This document shows, one piece after another, positions 36,755 to 46,646 of a stretch of DNA of 64,000 bases. The position numbers and the translations under genes are program-made. Under the pieces are notes generated by a model. It had not been told where the DNA came from and made no database searches. It worked only from the letters and a program-made list of their open reading frames with translations. Within the stretch, counting starts at the first letter, position 1. Every line of letters starts with the position of its first letter. This DNA is from a virus: positions 6,182 through 70,181 of IMG/VR virus record IMGVR_UViG_3300045131_001276; one strand, given 5' to 3'.

Positions 36755-39049
36755 ATGGCAGCGCCATTCGGAAGAAAACGAGCAATATTTGAAACCTATG
36801 ACTTGTCAGGGCGAGCCGAAGAGACTCAAACTGGATACGTTGTGGCCCTGGCACAGACACTCCGGGGCGAGGTCGGTAAACCTTATTATTTCGCTAAATA
36901 TGACACATCGAACTTCATTGAGACTATGGGCGACACAACTGACCTGTTCACAGGCCCAGCGGAATGTCTCAACGCAATAGAGAATGGTTGTAACCTGATA
37001 GTCATTCGGGTAGCGCACTTTACCGATATATCAGACGCTACGACATGCACAGCTACTGTTGCATCATGCAACATTCCTGACCGAGGAGGGGTGGCAACCG
37101 CCGGAGCTTCCGAGAGTGAAGCGGGACCATTTCTGTTTACGCTGCCTGTGGCCGGATCGCTGACAAGCGCAGAGATAGGGCCATACACGTTTGTGCTGGA
37201 TACTAATGACAAATTCAAGATTCGGATACGACACGCTACGGTCTGGGGTTCACCTCAAACCGTGCAGTTTGCCGCAGCCGCGACTACGGCGCAGGTTACG
37301 TGCGACCAGATAAACGCTCAGACAACCGGAGTAAACGCCACTGTGTCCGCAGGCAAGGTTCACATAGCGACCACGGACGCCAATGACGATATTGAGATTC
37401 TAACTGTCACATACGACTGTTATTCTACACTGGGAATACAGGAAGCGGTATCTAATCATGTGGCTGGAACTGTTGGGTTGAGTGTTTCCATAGATGGCGA
37501 CGCTGACCAAGATTTCGAGTTTGCACCACTTGCGGGTGAGACAACCACTTTCTATTTAACGTCGGCGCAGGTTGCTACACAGATGACGGCGCTGACCGAC
37601 GCCACGGTTTCAAGCGCACAAGGCAAGGTAACTATAACCTCAAGCACTACGGGCGAGGCGTCAACGGTTCAGGTTAAATCAACCAGCACATCACTTGCTG
37701 TGTTCGGATTCGACTCAGACGAACATACAGGCGCTTCAGGTGAGGTTGTAGAGGCATGGAAATATGAGTTTGTCGGCCCTGGCGACTACGGAAATGACGC
37801 CAAGATATATTTCTATGATTCCCCGCTAAATCCTGGTGAGCGATGTAATTTCAGGCGCACGGTTCCCGGCGGAAAAGAAGTCTATTTTAAGGAACTGTCT
37901 CGTGATCCTGATGATCCTCTCTTCTGGAAAAACTATATCAATGTCCACGACCCACTTGGACGAATAGTGGATCTCGATACGCCAAACGCCAATCCGTATG
38001 ATTGGCCTGCGTTAAACAGCCAGGGAATTACGTTCACCGGTGGCGCAGACGGAACCACGGTCCTTCAGGACAATGACTGGATAGGACATCCAACAAGCAG
38101 AGTTGGACTGTATGCGATAGACAAGATCAAGGTTCCGATAATCCACTTCTTCTGTTTTGGAACAGCCAGCAATGTTGTTCATTCTGAGGCGGTTCAGTGG
38201 GCGGATTCCAGGGTGTCAAAATTCTACCATGCCGCATGTCCAACGGATATGACAGCGGATGAGATCATAGATTGGCGTATGGGAAATCCGCCGGATTATT
38301 CTCATGCCGCATTCAATTCACCAAGTCTGTCGCTGGTTCAGGGATATCCCGAGATATACGACGCCAGAAATAATGGTCGGGTATCCATATCGGGTCTGAG
38401 TTTCCTGGCCGCTGCCATTACCAGGACAGAGGAAGTTTATGGCCCCGGAATAGCGCCATTTGGAATCAAGCGAGGCCAATGTCCCGCCGTATTAGATATT
38501 GACATGAACGTGGACGAGGATTCGGCGTCTTGGGATTTGTTGGCCGTTTATGGCATCAACTCGGTAACAATACTGAGAACGGCTGACCGCAATTGGGGCA
38601 ATGAAGGCGCATACCTCTGGGGTGGTTACACATCACAGCGCAACCCTTCAAAACTTCAGGATTGGGCTGTTTGTTGGCTCATTAAAGCGTATCAACTGCG
38701 AATGTTGCCATTGATGCAGCGATACATTTCAGACCCAAACAAGCCCGCAGTCTGGGGCGAATTAAGGCGAGAGATGGAACCACTATTCCGTGGCGACTTA
38801 CAGCGAGACAAAATAGCGGGATACTTCATCAACTGCGATGACGGCGCTTACTTCGCTGGCGGGGAACTCAAGGGCGCAACAATCAATACCGCCGATTCAA
38901 TAGACCGTGGCGAGTATGTGTTCAGGATTCTAATCAAACCATATTCACAGATTGGCTGGCCGATAGGTCAAATGGGCATCATGCGAACAGGCGACCCGTG
39001 GGCGACTTACGCCTATCAACTGACTCTGCCAAATTACGTGCGGATATAA
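36755..39049 (+). CDS. contractile tail sheath protein
   Basis: TLRGEVGKP, LIVIRVAH, FTGGADG, GINSV...LWG, C-terminal IDRGE...IKP. Confidence 0.88.
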   Translation: MAAPFGRKRAIFETYDLSGRAEETQTGYVVALAQTLRGEVGKPYYFAKYDTSNFIETMGDTTDLFTGPAECLNAIENGCNLIVIRVAHFTDISDATTCTATVASCNIPDRGGVATAGASESEAGPFLFTLPVAGSLTSAEIGPYTFVLDTNDKFKIRIRHATVWGSPQTVQFAAAATTAQVTCDQINAQTTGVNATVSAGKVHIATTDANDDIEILTVTYDCYSTLGIQEAVSNHVAGTVGLSVSIDGDADQDFEFAPLAGETTTFYLTSAQVATQMTALTDATVSSAQGKVTITSSTTGEASTVQVKSTSTSLAVFGFDSDEHTGASGEVVEAWKYEFVGPGDYGNDAKIYFYDSPLNPGERCNFRRTVPGGKEVYFKELSRDPDDPLFWKNYINVHDPLGRIVDLDTPNANPYDWPALNSQGITFTGGADGTTVLQDNDWIGHPTSRVGLYAIDKIKVPIIHFFCFGTASNVVHSEAVQWADSRVSKFYHAACPTDMTADEIIDWRMGNPPDYSHAAFNSPSLSLVQGYPEIYDARNNGRVSISGLSFLAAAITRTEEVYGPGIAPFGIKRGQCPAVLDIDMNVDEDSASWDLLAVYGINSVTILRTADRNWGNEGAYLWGGYTSQRNPSKLQDWAVCWLIKAYQLRMLPLMQRYISDPNKPAVWGELRREMEPLFRGDLQRDKIAGYFINCDDGAYFAGGELKGATINTADSIDRGEYVFRILIKPYSQIGWPIGQMGIMRTGDPWATYAYQLTLPNYVRI

Positions 39050-39061
39050 GGAGGTAAGTAA

Positions 39062-39532
39062 ATGGCCATATCGGGCGCACGACAAATTAAGAATGTAGCG
39101 ACAGCCGATAGCTGGATGCTGGAAGTAACAGGATTTAATCCTTTCTTGGTTCACAAGGTAAAGTTGCCAAAGAAAGAATTCGAGATAATAGAGAGAAAGG
39201 GCGGAGGCCAGACTATTCCCGTTCAACAGAGCGGCCCAATTAAAGCTCTGAAGTGGTCGTTTGAGGCTTGGATTCCAACTGTCGGGGAAGAGAGGGCGTT
39301 TCTTTGGAATTGGAATGAGGAATGCAAGACTCGGGACACAACCAAAACATACAAGGATGTCACTATTACGCTCATCGGCCCTAATGATGATCCGATAATG
39401 CGTTGGCGTATTGAAGACGCAATGCTGCCTGTCCTGGAATACGAGGAATTCGAGTCTAGCGCAGACAACAAGAAGCTCCTGAATATCAAGTGCGAATGCA
39501 CATGTAACGATGTTTTACAGGAATCCGTATGA
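39062..39532 (+). CDS. tail tube protein (T4 gp19-like)
   Basis: Follows sheath; YKDVTITL...MRWRIEDA. Confidence 0.82.
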   Translation: MAISGARQIKNVATADSWMLEVTGFNPFLVHKVKLPKKEFEIIERKGGGQTIPVQQSGPIKALKWSFEAWIPTVGEERAFLWNWNEECKTRDTTKTYKDVTITLIGPNDDPIMRWRIEDAMLPVLEYEEFESSADNKKLLNIKCECTCNDVLQESV

Positions 39533-39548
39533 AACTAAGGGGTGATAA

Positions 39549-40265
39549 ATGTCAGGCTATGTAGAGCGGGAATTTAAACTCTTAGTTGCAGGGCTTGACT
39601 GTATTGTGAGAGAGCAGGACGGCGAGGCCGAGCAATATTTATACGACAACGCCAAGCAGATGGCCAAAGCCCTTCCTAAATATTGGGCGAGGCTGACGCT
39701 TATGCTTGGCGATAAAGACAAGATTCGGGCTGAAGACCTGCTTAAACTGAAGAATCACGACCTGGATCAGATAGCGATAGAGATATTTAGGGCCGGTTCA
39801 ATAGATGATTCATTGATTCTAAGGGGCCGCTGTCCAGAATGTAAGAAGTCAGTTAACTATGCCAAAGACTTCGATTCGCTTGACTTTGTGCCTATCCCTG
39901 ACGGCAAGACTGGCCCGGACCCTACATGGACGTTTGTTACCCCTAGATTTAAAAATGAGGTCGTGTGGGGATATCTAACCGGCGAACAAGAAGCTGAACA
40001 ACTAGATATCCCCGGATTCAATCCTGGCAGACAAGTATGGAAGGCAATCCGGTCTATCAATGGGAAGACTGATTTTACTCTTAAAGATGTCCTAGCATGG
40101 CCCATAGCCGATCATCTGGCGCTTAGAGAAGAAATCCAGGCTAAACGGTGTGGATATGATACCCGTATCCGCCTCGAACATTCATGTGGAAACGAGGTGG
40201 TAATGAATCTGCTCACGGACCCTTCTTTTATGATGCCGGGTATTCCGTCTATGGCGAGGGAATAG
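39549..40265 (+). CDS. tail/baseplate assembly chaperone
   Basis: Between tube and tape measure; CPEC and HSCG. Confidence 0.6.
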   Translation: MSGYVEREFKLLVAGLDCIVREQDGEAEQYLYDNAKQMAKALPKYWARLTLMLGDKDKIRAEDLLKLKNHDLDQIAIEIFRAGSIDDSLILRGRCPECKKSVNYAKDFDSLDFVPIPDGKTGPDPTWTFVTPRFKNEVVWGYLTGEQEAEQLDIPGFNPGRQVWKAIRSINGKTDFTLKDVLAWPIADHLALREEIQAKRCGYDTRIRLEHSCGNEVVMNLLTDPSFMMPGIPSMARE

Positions 40266-40468
40266 ATAATCTTGGTTTCCAGTTAGGGCGTAAGTCCTGG
40301 CGGTTGTTTTTTAATGGAAACGATATTCGACAAGAGGTTTTTAATATTGTTTACCATCTTAAACAGGACATTACAGCAACTTGGCGGCTTTCGACCAGAA
40401 GACGCAGAGAAATGTGGAAAAAGACCGAGAGCCAATACGCATTTGAAGAGAAACATCGGCCCAAGTAA
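40184..40468 (+). CDS. downstream tail chaperone segment (-1 frame relative to upstream gene)
   Basis: EVFNIVYHL...WRLSTRRRREMW resembles gpE'/gpGT-type tails; true start unknown. Confidence 0.5.
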   Translation: MWKRGGNESAHGPFFYDAGYSVYGEGIDNLGFQLGRKSWRLFFNGNDIRQEVFNIVYHLKQDITATWRLSTRRRREMWKKTESQYAFEEKHRPK

Positions 40469-40479
40469 CAGGTAGGAAT

Positions 40480-42567
40480 ATGTCGGCAATCACAGACGTT
40501 GGCGTAAATTTTAAATTCGATGGCGCAAGTGATTTCGAGAATCGCCTCAAATCACTAGAGGGCCAGTGGAAAAGCTTCGCCAGCGCCATGGACAAAACGC
40601 CAGACGCAGGAAAACATCTTAAAAAGATGGCCGAGGCCACCGAACATACCAGGGATCGTGTTTCTTCTGCAATGTTTGCGACCAAGGCTGTTATTGCTGG
40701 AGTGTTAACCGCCAAGGTTGGATCCGGTCTGTTCGATTGGGCGATTGGCAACAAGGCTGTTGCGGAAGCCAAATCATTCACATCGCAGTTCGTAAACGCT
40801 AACGACATGAAGGCATACGAAGACAGCATGACCCGGATCCGAAACATCCACGAATTCACTAAAGACGATTTATATAAGGGCGCTTATCAAATTGATTCGG
40901 CAATGGCGGGCAAGGGACTAGAAGACAAGATTCGTGTGTTCGAGGATATAGCGTATTACGCAAAGTTGACAGGCAAGTCTTTTGAGGATGCCAGTAAACT
41001 TTATAAACAATTCCTGGCCAGCTTCGGGAACACGTTGCCGCTAGAAAAACAAAAAACATTTGCCGCCGACACGCTGGGAATGTTGTTCAAGATCGGCCAG
41101 ATATCTTCGAGCGATCCGCAGCAAGTGGCCGACGCCGTTGGTCAGGCCGCCCAGACTTATTCGCAGTTTGGAATGAGCCAGGCCAGAATGTTCGCAGAAA
41201 TTTCCGCTATAACCCCGATGCTTGGCGGAAAGCCAGAGATGGCGGCCACGGGGTTGAGGTCATTGTATCCCGAGTCTGGCGCTGCGGCGGGCAAATTGGC
41301 GGCTGCAGCATACGAACAGGCATTCGCTAAGGGGCAAGTATCTGACGAGAGAGGTATTAGTTCGAGGAATTGGGGCTCGTTGGAACGACTTAAAGACGCC
41401 GCTGCGGAAAAAAACAAAGACGCTATCGAAGACCTGGCTGAGATGAAGCGCAATTCAGAGCGCTTTGGTTCCAAGACCAGTATGGAGATTGAGAAGCTCC
41501 TCAAAGGTGGGGATGTTGATGGGTTATGGAAGCGCATGGGGGAATTAGTAAAACAGAATGAGAACAACCCCGAGCGTGCAAAGGTATTAAAAGACGCATT
41601 CGGACTGGAACGAATGAACATAGCCCTTGGTTTAATTGGCATGTATCAGCGAGGAGAAATCCAGAAATTACAAAAGGAATACGAGAAGGCTACAGGCCAA
41701 GAGGCAAAAGACGCTCGAACTAAAGCAGACGAGGGCAGTCTGCCTCACAAAATGGAACTCCTATCACAGAAGGCAGAAGACCTGTCCAACAGTATCCGTG
41801 GAATATTCTACGAGCCAATGAAAGCCCTCTTGGAAGAGTGGAAGGGTGTATTCGAGAAACTCGAGAAGGACTTTACCGGTACCAGCGGGATGAAACGGAT
41901 TCAATCTTTCGGTGGCGAATTAGTTACTGGTTTCCGTGAAGGCCGGGCGCAGGGATCGCCAATTCCAGAGGATAACCGGTCGGTCGGTCAGATGTTCCAA
42001 GATTATGTGGCTACACTCAGCCCGGACGATTTCAGGCAAGCGGGCAAGATGATAGGGAAGGCAGCGACGGATTTTGTGACGATAGCATCGCAGTTGAAAG
42101 ATATTGTGGGCGCAGCACACAGCGCAATGTCGTGGCTAGGTTTATTGAAACCGGCTGCGATAGCCTCGATCACACCCGGACCGTTACCCGTCAAGGCGGC
42201 TGTTGGGGCTGGGGTGATGGGATATGACGCTTTAACAAAAATGGGTATGCCGGAAGGCGGCCCCTTGGATGAGCGAGGATTATTCTATCCGACACCTATG
42301 GAAAAGCCAGGAATAAACGCAGTACAACCTCGTGTCCATGCTGGCGAAAACTATTTGAGGCCAGGATTGCAGGCCCCACAGGGCGGATGGGGATTACCTT
42401 CGGTCAACATTACAAGCCAGCCGCAAGTAATAGTCAACGTGGACGACAGGGCAATCAAGGATGCGGTCAAGGTTGAAGTGAAAGACGAAATCAAAGAAGA
42501 ATTGATGAAAGACGCAGACCGTAACCGAGGGAACGCAAACGATAAGCCACTAATGGGTAGCAACTAA
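40480..42567 (+). CDS. tape measure protein
   Basis: Ala/Gly-rich helical protein, AATGLRSL motif, position. Confidence 0.8.
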   Translation: MSAITDVGVNFKFDGASDFENRLKSLEGQWKSFASAMDKTPDAGKHLKKMAEATEHTRDRVSSAMFATKAVIAGVLTAKVGSGLFDWAIGNKAVAEAKSFTSQFVNANDMKAYEDSMTRIRNIHEFTKDDLYKGAYQIDSAMAGKGLEDKIRVFEDIAYYAKLTGKSFEDASKLYKQFLASFGNTLPLEKQKTFAADTLGMLFKIGQISSSDPQQVADAVGQAAQTYSQFGMSQARMFAEISAITPMLGGKPEMAATGLRSLYPESGAAAGKLAAAAYEQAFAKGQVSDERGISSRNWGSLERLKDAAAEKNKDAIEDLAEMKRNSERFGSKTSMEIEKLLKGGDVDGLWKRMGELVKQNENNPERAKVLKDAFGLERMNIALGLIGMYQRGEIQKLQKEYEKATGQEAKDARTKADEGSLPHKMELLSQKAEDLSNSIRGIFYEPMKALLEEWKGVFEKLEKDFTGTSGMKRIQSFGGELVTGFREGRAQGSPIPEDNRSVGQMFQDYVATLSPDDFRQAGKMIGKAATDFVTIASQLKDIVGAAHSAMSWLGLLKPAAIASITPGPLPVKAAVGAGVMGYDALTKMGMPEGGPLDERGLFYPTPMEKPGINAVQPRVHAGENYLRPGLQAPQGGWGLPSVNITSQPQVIVNVDDRAIKDAVKVEVKDEIKEELMKDADRNRGNANDKPLMGSN

Positions 42568-43022
42568 TGAGCGCCTCTTTTATAAGAGGAATGATACTGC
42601 CGATTGATGGCGGGCTACCCGTTCAGTTTCAGTGGAATCCGCATGACATCAATGGCCCAGGCGCACAGGCTACGTGGTCGCCAATTGCCGTAGCTGGCAG
42701 AGAATTCCCTTATCTTCAGTATGCCTCTGGCCAACAGTCCAATATTCAGTTCGATCTGTGGTGGTCTACCGAGAGCGACCACGGCGCATCGGTGACTGCG
42801 GCTTTCTGGGCATTAAACTCACTTACAACACCAATACCGAGAGGCATGAGTTATAGCCGACCCCCGATTGTGATGTTGATACTTGGCTCGTTTCTTAGAG
42901 AGTTATCTGTTGTGTGCGAAGTTCGACCCAATTTCATTATTGGGACCGGGATGAATTTCGCCAACACGCTGCTTCCCGCCGAAGCCAAGATTAGCGTGAA
43001 CCTGTGGAGGTGGAGAGGATGA
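42567..43022 (+). CDS. tail tube initiator / baseplate protein
   Basis: FQWNP...PYLQY..G...RPP pattern; position. Confidence 0.7.
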   Translation: MSASFIRGMILPIDGGLPVQFQWNPHDINGPGAQATWSPIAVAGREFPYLQYASGQQSNIQFDLWWSTESDHGASVTAAFWALNSLTTPIPRGMSYSRPPIVMLILGSFLRELSVVCEVRPNFIIGTGMNFANTLLPAEAKISVNLWRWRG

Positions 43023-44212
43023 GCCTAGATTTTATGGGCGCTATCGCCGCCAACATGGGTATGAAGGGCGACCCGGACTGGATCATCAATATCGGCGGAA
43101 CGGTTATTAGTGAATCCATGGAGTGGGAATTCACTGACGACGAGAAGGACCAGAGCGAGATTCGGGTCTTGTTGCCGAACCCAGAAAATATCCTCGACGG
43201 TAAATTCAAGTATGGACAGGACATGACTATCCGATTTGGATATGCCGGGGAGATGAGCCCGGAAGCCTATTTGCCAGTTGCCGAGCTTGACTATGATTAC
43301 CCGAGTGACAAGGGAATGACACTTGAGATTATTGGTCGAGATGAATCTAGCAAGATGTCTGGTGGAAATAACAAGGGCAATCAAGGCAAGGGCGACGACA
43401 AGACGCAACTCAAGCAGAACATGAAGTCTAGCGGTCTGAATATGTCCGGCGACACGAAGGGCGCTGACTCTGGCTGTAAGGGCGCTTGTTACAATGAATC
43501 TGACAAGGCGTTGGCATATCGTTGGGCGAATTCAATGTCCGCTGCGGGCCAAATGGAAGCCGCTGGAAGTGGTGGGCCGACCTCGCCTCTTGCGGGTGAA
43601 CAGTCCAGCGACATGGAAGGTTCGGGCGTCAATCGACACGACGGCCACACCACATCTAATCCTGGTGACTGGACTGGAGATGGTAAGGGCGGGAAAGACC
43701 GGGCGAAGAATAGGCAAGGGAACAAAGGCGGGCAAGACTCGCAAGCGCCAATTACCGCTACGTTAAAACTAAGAGGATTCCCAACGCTTCGTGCCAAATC
43801 TAATGTCACCATCGTTGGAATTGGCGGCGAAAATAGCGGAACATACTACGTCAAGAAAGTTAAGCACGAATGGAAGGGCAAAGGATTTATTAGCACAGCG
43901 GAACTAACTCGTGGAGGCACGGGGAAGGGTGGCGTTGGTGGATCTTCGCCAATCGTTATGTATGCCAACATCTGGAAACGTGGAGAGATGTATTGTGGCC
44001 CACGAAAAACATCCGGCGAAGCGCAGGCTACATTCACGTATGGGATGGACGAACACTGGATGGGATTGAAGGTTAAAATTAAACCACAGAAAGCCAGAGG
44101 CGGCGGCGAGCCCAAAAAAGGGAAGAGCGAAGGATTACTATTGAAACAACGCATGAAACCAACATCAACCGCAGATGATAGCGGCGGCGCAAGTTCAGGA
44201 ACAGGACAGTAG
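43019..44212 (+). CDS. baseplate hub protein (gpD/gp44-like)
   Basis: IRFGY; GFPTLRA...GTYYVKKVKH...GF. Confidence 0.78.
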   Translation: MSLDFMGAIAANMGMKGDPDWIINIGGTVISESMEWEFTDDEKDQSEIRVLLPNPENILDGKFKYGQDMTIRFGYAGEMSPEAYLPVAELDYDYPSDKGMTLEIIGRDESSKMSGGNNKGNQGKGDDKTQLKQNMKSSGLNMSGDTKGADSGCKGACYNESDKALAYRWANSMSAAGQMEAAGSGGPTSPLAGEQSSDMEGSGVNRHDGHTTSNPGDWTGDGKGGKDRAKNRQGNKGGQDSQAPITATLKLRGFPTLRAKSNVTIVGIGGENSGTYYVKKVKHEWKGKGFISTAELTRGGTGKGGVGGSSPIVMYANIWKRGEMYCGPRKTSGEAQATFTYGMDEHWMGLKVKIKPQKARGGGEPKKGKSEGLLLKQRMKPTSTADDSGGASSGTGQ

Positions 44213-44215
44213 ATA

Positions 44216-45163
44216 ATGCTTGAAGGCCCAGCACTACCGTATTACCCATCAGCGTTTCTGATTAACCAGTTTTGCACAGCGCATGTAGGCGTAGTGAAGA
44301 ACCTGGCTGACCCGGAAGGCAGGGGTCGTGTGTTTGTTGAATGTCCGGGTTTACTCGGCACTGGCCAGAAAAACTGGACATGCTGGGTAGAGAATACCGG
44401 GAACGCCTGTGGGTCATCAATAGGTGAAGGCGACGAGGGCGACTGGTGGCCGTTACAGGTTGGGCAGTGCGTATTGGTTCAGTTCGTGTGCGGTGAACCT
44501 GATGCGCTCTGGGCGATCCCAGGCCCGCCACCGGCTGACGGAGCTGAACAGCTTATGCCAGCGGAGCCTAAGAGCTACAACGATGGCCGAAAGATAACGA
44601 GATGCCGTATCCGCAAATCCGAAGCGGGCCACACGTTACTCATGGACGATAACGGTAAATCAGAGTTATTCGCCATGCTGAACTGGACCGGATCGGGCAT
44701 GGCCTTCTATGGACCAGGAAAAGAGGAAGACGAAAAAGAGTCCCCGGATGAGGAATCCAAGCCACGCAAAGGCAAGCGGCGCGGGACCAAGAACGTATTC
44801 GCAGGAACAGCCCCGAAACCCAGCGAGATAGTAGACGGCGGCATCGAATATGGCGGCTTAGTCGATTTATGGAGACAGGGAATACTAACCATCGCCAGCG
44901 ACGAGAATGGCGGTGTTGTAATGATAGCGAGCAGAAAGAAAGACGGGAGCCTCGGCCCGAGCCTAGTGTTGGACGCCGTGAACGACGCAGCCTATCTATC
45001 ATCCTCCAAGAAGACAGCGACACAGCTTCAGGTGTTAGGCAAAGCGAACAGCGTCTACACAACCACGCAAATGATATGGGAAGCCCCTTACGAAAAGGTA
45101 GACGGCATCTTTTCCGGCATCCTGGACCACCTCGGAAAGCCTTTCAAGAAATACGACGAATAG
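44216..45163 (+). CDS. baseplate spike (gp5/gpV OB-fold)
   Basis: GVVKNLADPEGRGRV...VGQCVLVQF..G; SEAGHTLLMDD. Confidence 0.8.
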   Translation: MLEGPALPYYPSAFLINQFCTAHVGVVKNLADPEGRGRVFVECPGLLGTGQKNWTCWVENTGNACGSSIGEGDEGDWWPLQVGQCVLVQFVCGEPDALWAIPGPPPADGAEQLMPAEPKSYNDGRKITRCRIRKSEAGHTLLMDDNGKSELFAMLNWTGSGMAFYGPGKEEDEKESPDEESKPRKGKRRGTKNVFAGTAPKPSEIVDGGIEYGGLVDLWRQGILTIASDENGGVVMIASRKKDGSLGPSLVLDAVNDAAYLSSSKKTATQLQVLGKANSVYTTTQMIWEAPYEKVDGIFSGILDHLGKPFKKYDE

Positions 45164-45172
45164 GAGAATCGA

Positions 45173-45745
45173 ATGGCATACGCAAAAACACTGATCGGAA
45201 ACGTAACCAAGGGAGCTAACCACAAACGGGGCGACAAACGACTACAACAGATCGTGGACACGGTTGATGCGAACCTGACGAATATCGAGGCCGCAATCAC
45301 AGACATAGCTGTCGAGGCTACTGCGGATCTGGTTGGGGCCATGGTCACAGGCAACACCGAAACAGGTATAACTGTTACCTATCAGGATGCTGACAACACG
45401 CTGGACTTTGAGGTGAGTGCAGAATATATCGCCGACACGGTTGGGGCGATGGTAACAGGAAATACCGAAACGGGTATCGCCGTAACGTACGATGACGCTG
45501 ACAACACGCTGGATTTCGTTTTAGGCGCACATGCTCATACGGCTAGCGCAGGAGATGGCGCAGTATTGACAGGCTATCAGGCCACCCCGTTCGCCAGCAC
45601 GCTTACGTTAACGCAGATGGGGATTGTCCCTCCTGTTGCCCCTAGCGCATGGGCTGGCACAGCAATGGCCGCACTGACAGGCGCAAGCACGTTCCAGCAA
45701 CTGTTGGACGCTATCAGCACAGACATAGCGACAGCGGGAACATAA
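45173..45745 (+). CDS. virion protein with two 36-aa tandem repeats
   Basis: VGAMVTGNTETGI.VTY.DADNTLDF twice, 108 nt apart. Confidence 0.65.
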   Translation: MAYAKTLIGNVTKGANHKRGDKRLQQIVDTVDANLTNIEAAITDIAVEATADLVGAMVTGNTETGITVTYQDADNTLDFEVSAEYIADTVGAMVTGNTETGIAVTYDDADNTLDFVLGAHAHTASAGDGAVLTGYQATPFASTLTLTQMGIVPPVAPSAWAGTAMAALTGASTFQQLLDAISTDIATAGT

Positions 45746-45767
45746 TCTGTGGATGATAGGTAGATAG

Positions 45768-46637
45768 ATGACAGTAATTAACCGCACTGGTCCGTTCCTC
45801 GGGAAGGGATACGCATGGCCGATCAGGATTAATCCTGCGACCGGCGGTATCCAGATGAGTGAGGGCAATTTCGATGATGTGCCCGTGGCGCTGGCGTTTA
45901 CCCCGGACCAGGGGACTATATCCGAAGATGTGTTCGGCAGGCAAAACAAGCTGAGAGAAGCGCTGGCGCACATCCTTAGCACGACCGTAGGCGAATATGA
46001 TTTTCTGCCGGAGTTCGGCAGCCGACCGTCGGCGATCATCCACGACCCGAACAGCCAATACGCCAAGATGGAATACGAGACATGGGCTGAACTGGCCGTG
46101 GCCCGCTGGGAAAAGCGGGTCAAAATGAAAGCCCCGGACAACTTCCGGTGGAGCGACAACGAGGATGAGATTGACCAGGGCATAGCCACTTGCAATATCA
46201 ACCCGGAGATCATCCCGACGCAGGTTCCAGGCAATCTTGTGACGCCGTTCGTTACCGCCAGGGATTGCCGCAACCAGGAATTCCCGTTGGGCGAGGTTGA
46301 CAGCGAAGGCCACGATTGGGCGAGCCGTTACCACGGACAGACAGCCTATCAGGTTGGCAGCGAAAGATATCTGCGTGCCAGGAAAGTCATGCCGATGGAA
46401 CATGCCCCGGATGACGGATTCTACACGGTTGTGCATGGGGACACGTGGTTTGCGATTTCAGGCAAGGTCTATAACGGCGACGTGCGGTTTGGTTGGCCGC
46501 TTCAGGATTTTTACACCAATGACGTGCTTGAGGCCGGAGGGAGCAGGCGATGCCTGAAGGTGACCGAAGAACTGGAACCGGGAACATTGCTGCGCTACCC
46601 GAGCAAGGCGCGAATATTAACGCAGATGGCGTCGTAA
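45768..46637 (+). CDS. gp25-like baseplate wedge protein fused to LysM-like domain
   Basis: ILSTTVGE..FLPEFGS...WEKRV; YTVVHGDTW..IS...Y. Confidence 0.78.
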   Translation: MTVINRTGPFLGKGYAWPIRINPATGGIQMSEGNFDDVPVALAFTPDQGTISEDVFGRQNKLREALAHILSTTVGEYDFLPEFGSRPSAIIHDPNSQYAKMEYETWAELAVARWEKRVKMKAPDNFRWSDNEDEIDQGIATCNINPEIIPTQVPGNLVTPFVTARDCRNQEFPLGEVDSEGHDWASRYHGQTAYQVGSERYLRARKVMPMEHAPDDGFYTVVHGDTWFAISGKVYNGDVRFGWPLQDFYTNDVLEAGGSRRCLKVTEELEPGTLLRYPSKARILTQMAS

Positions 46638-46646
46638 AGGAATATT

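Noticed and set aside
45608-46436. Long minus-strand ORFs (221 and 240 aa) opposite the gp25-like gene
   Set aside because: No motifs or SD; antisense shadows of a GC-rich coding region
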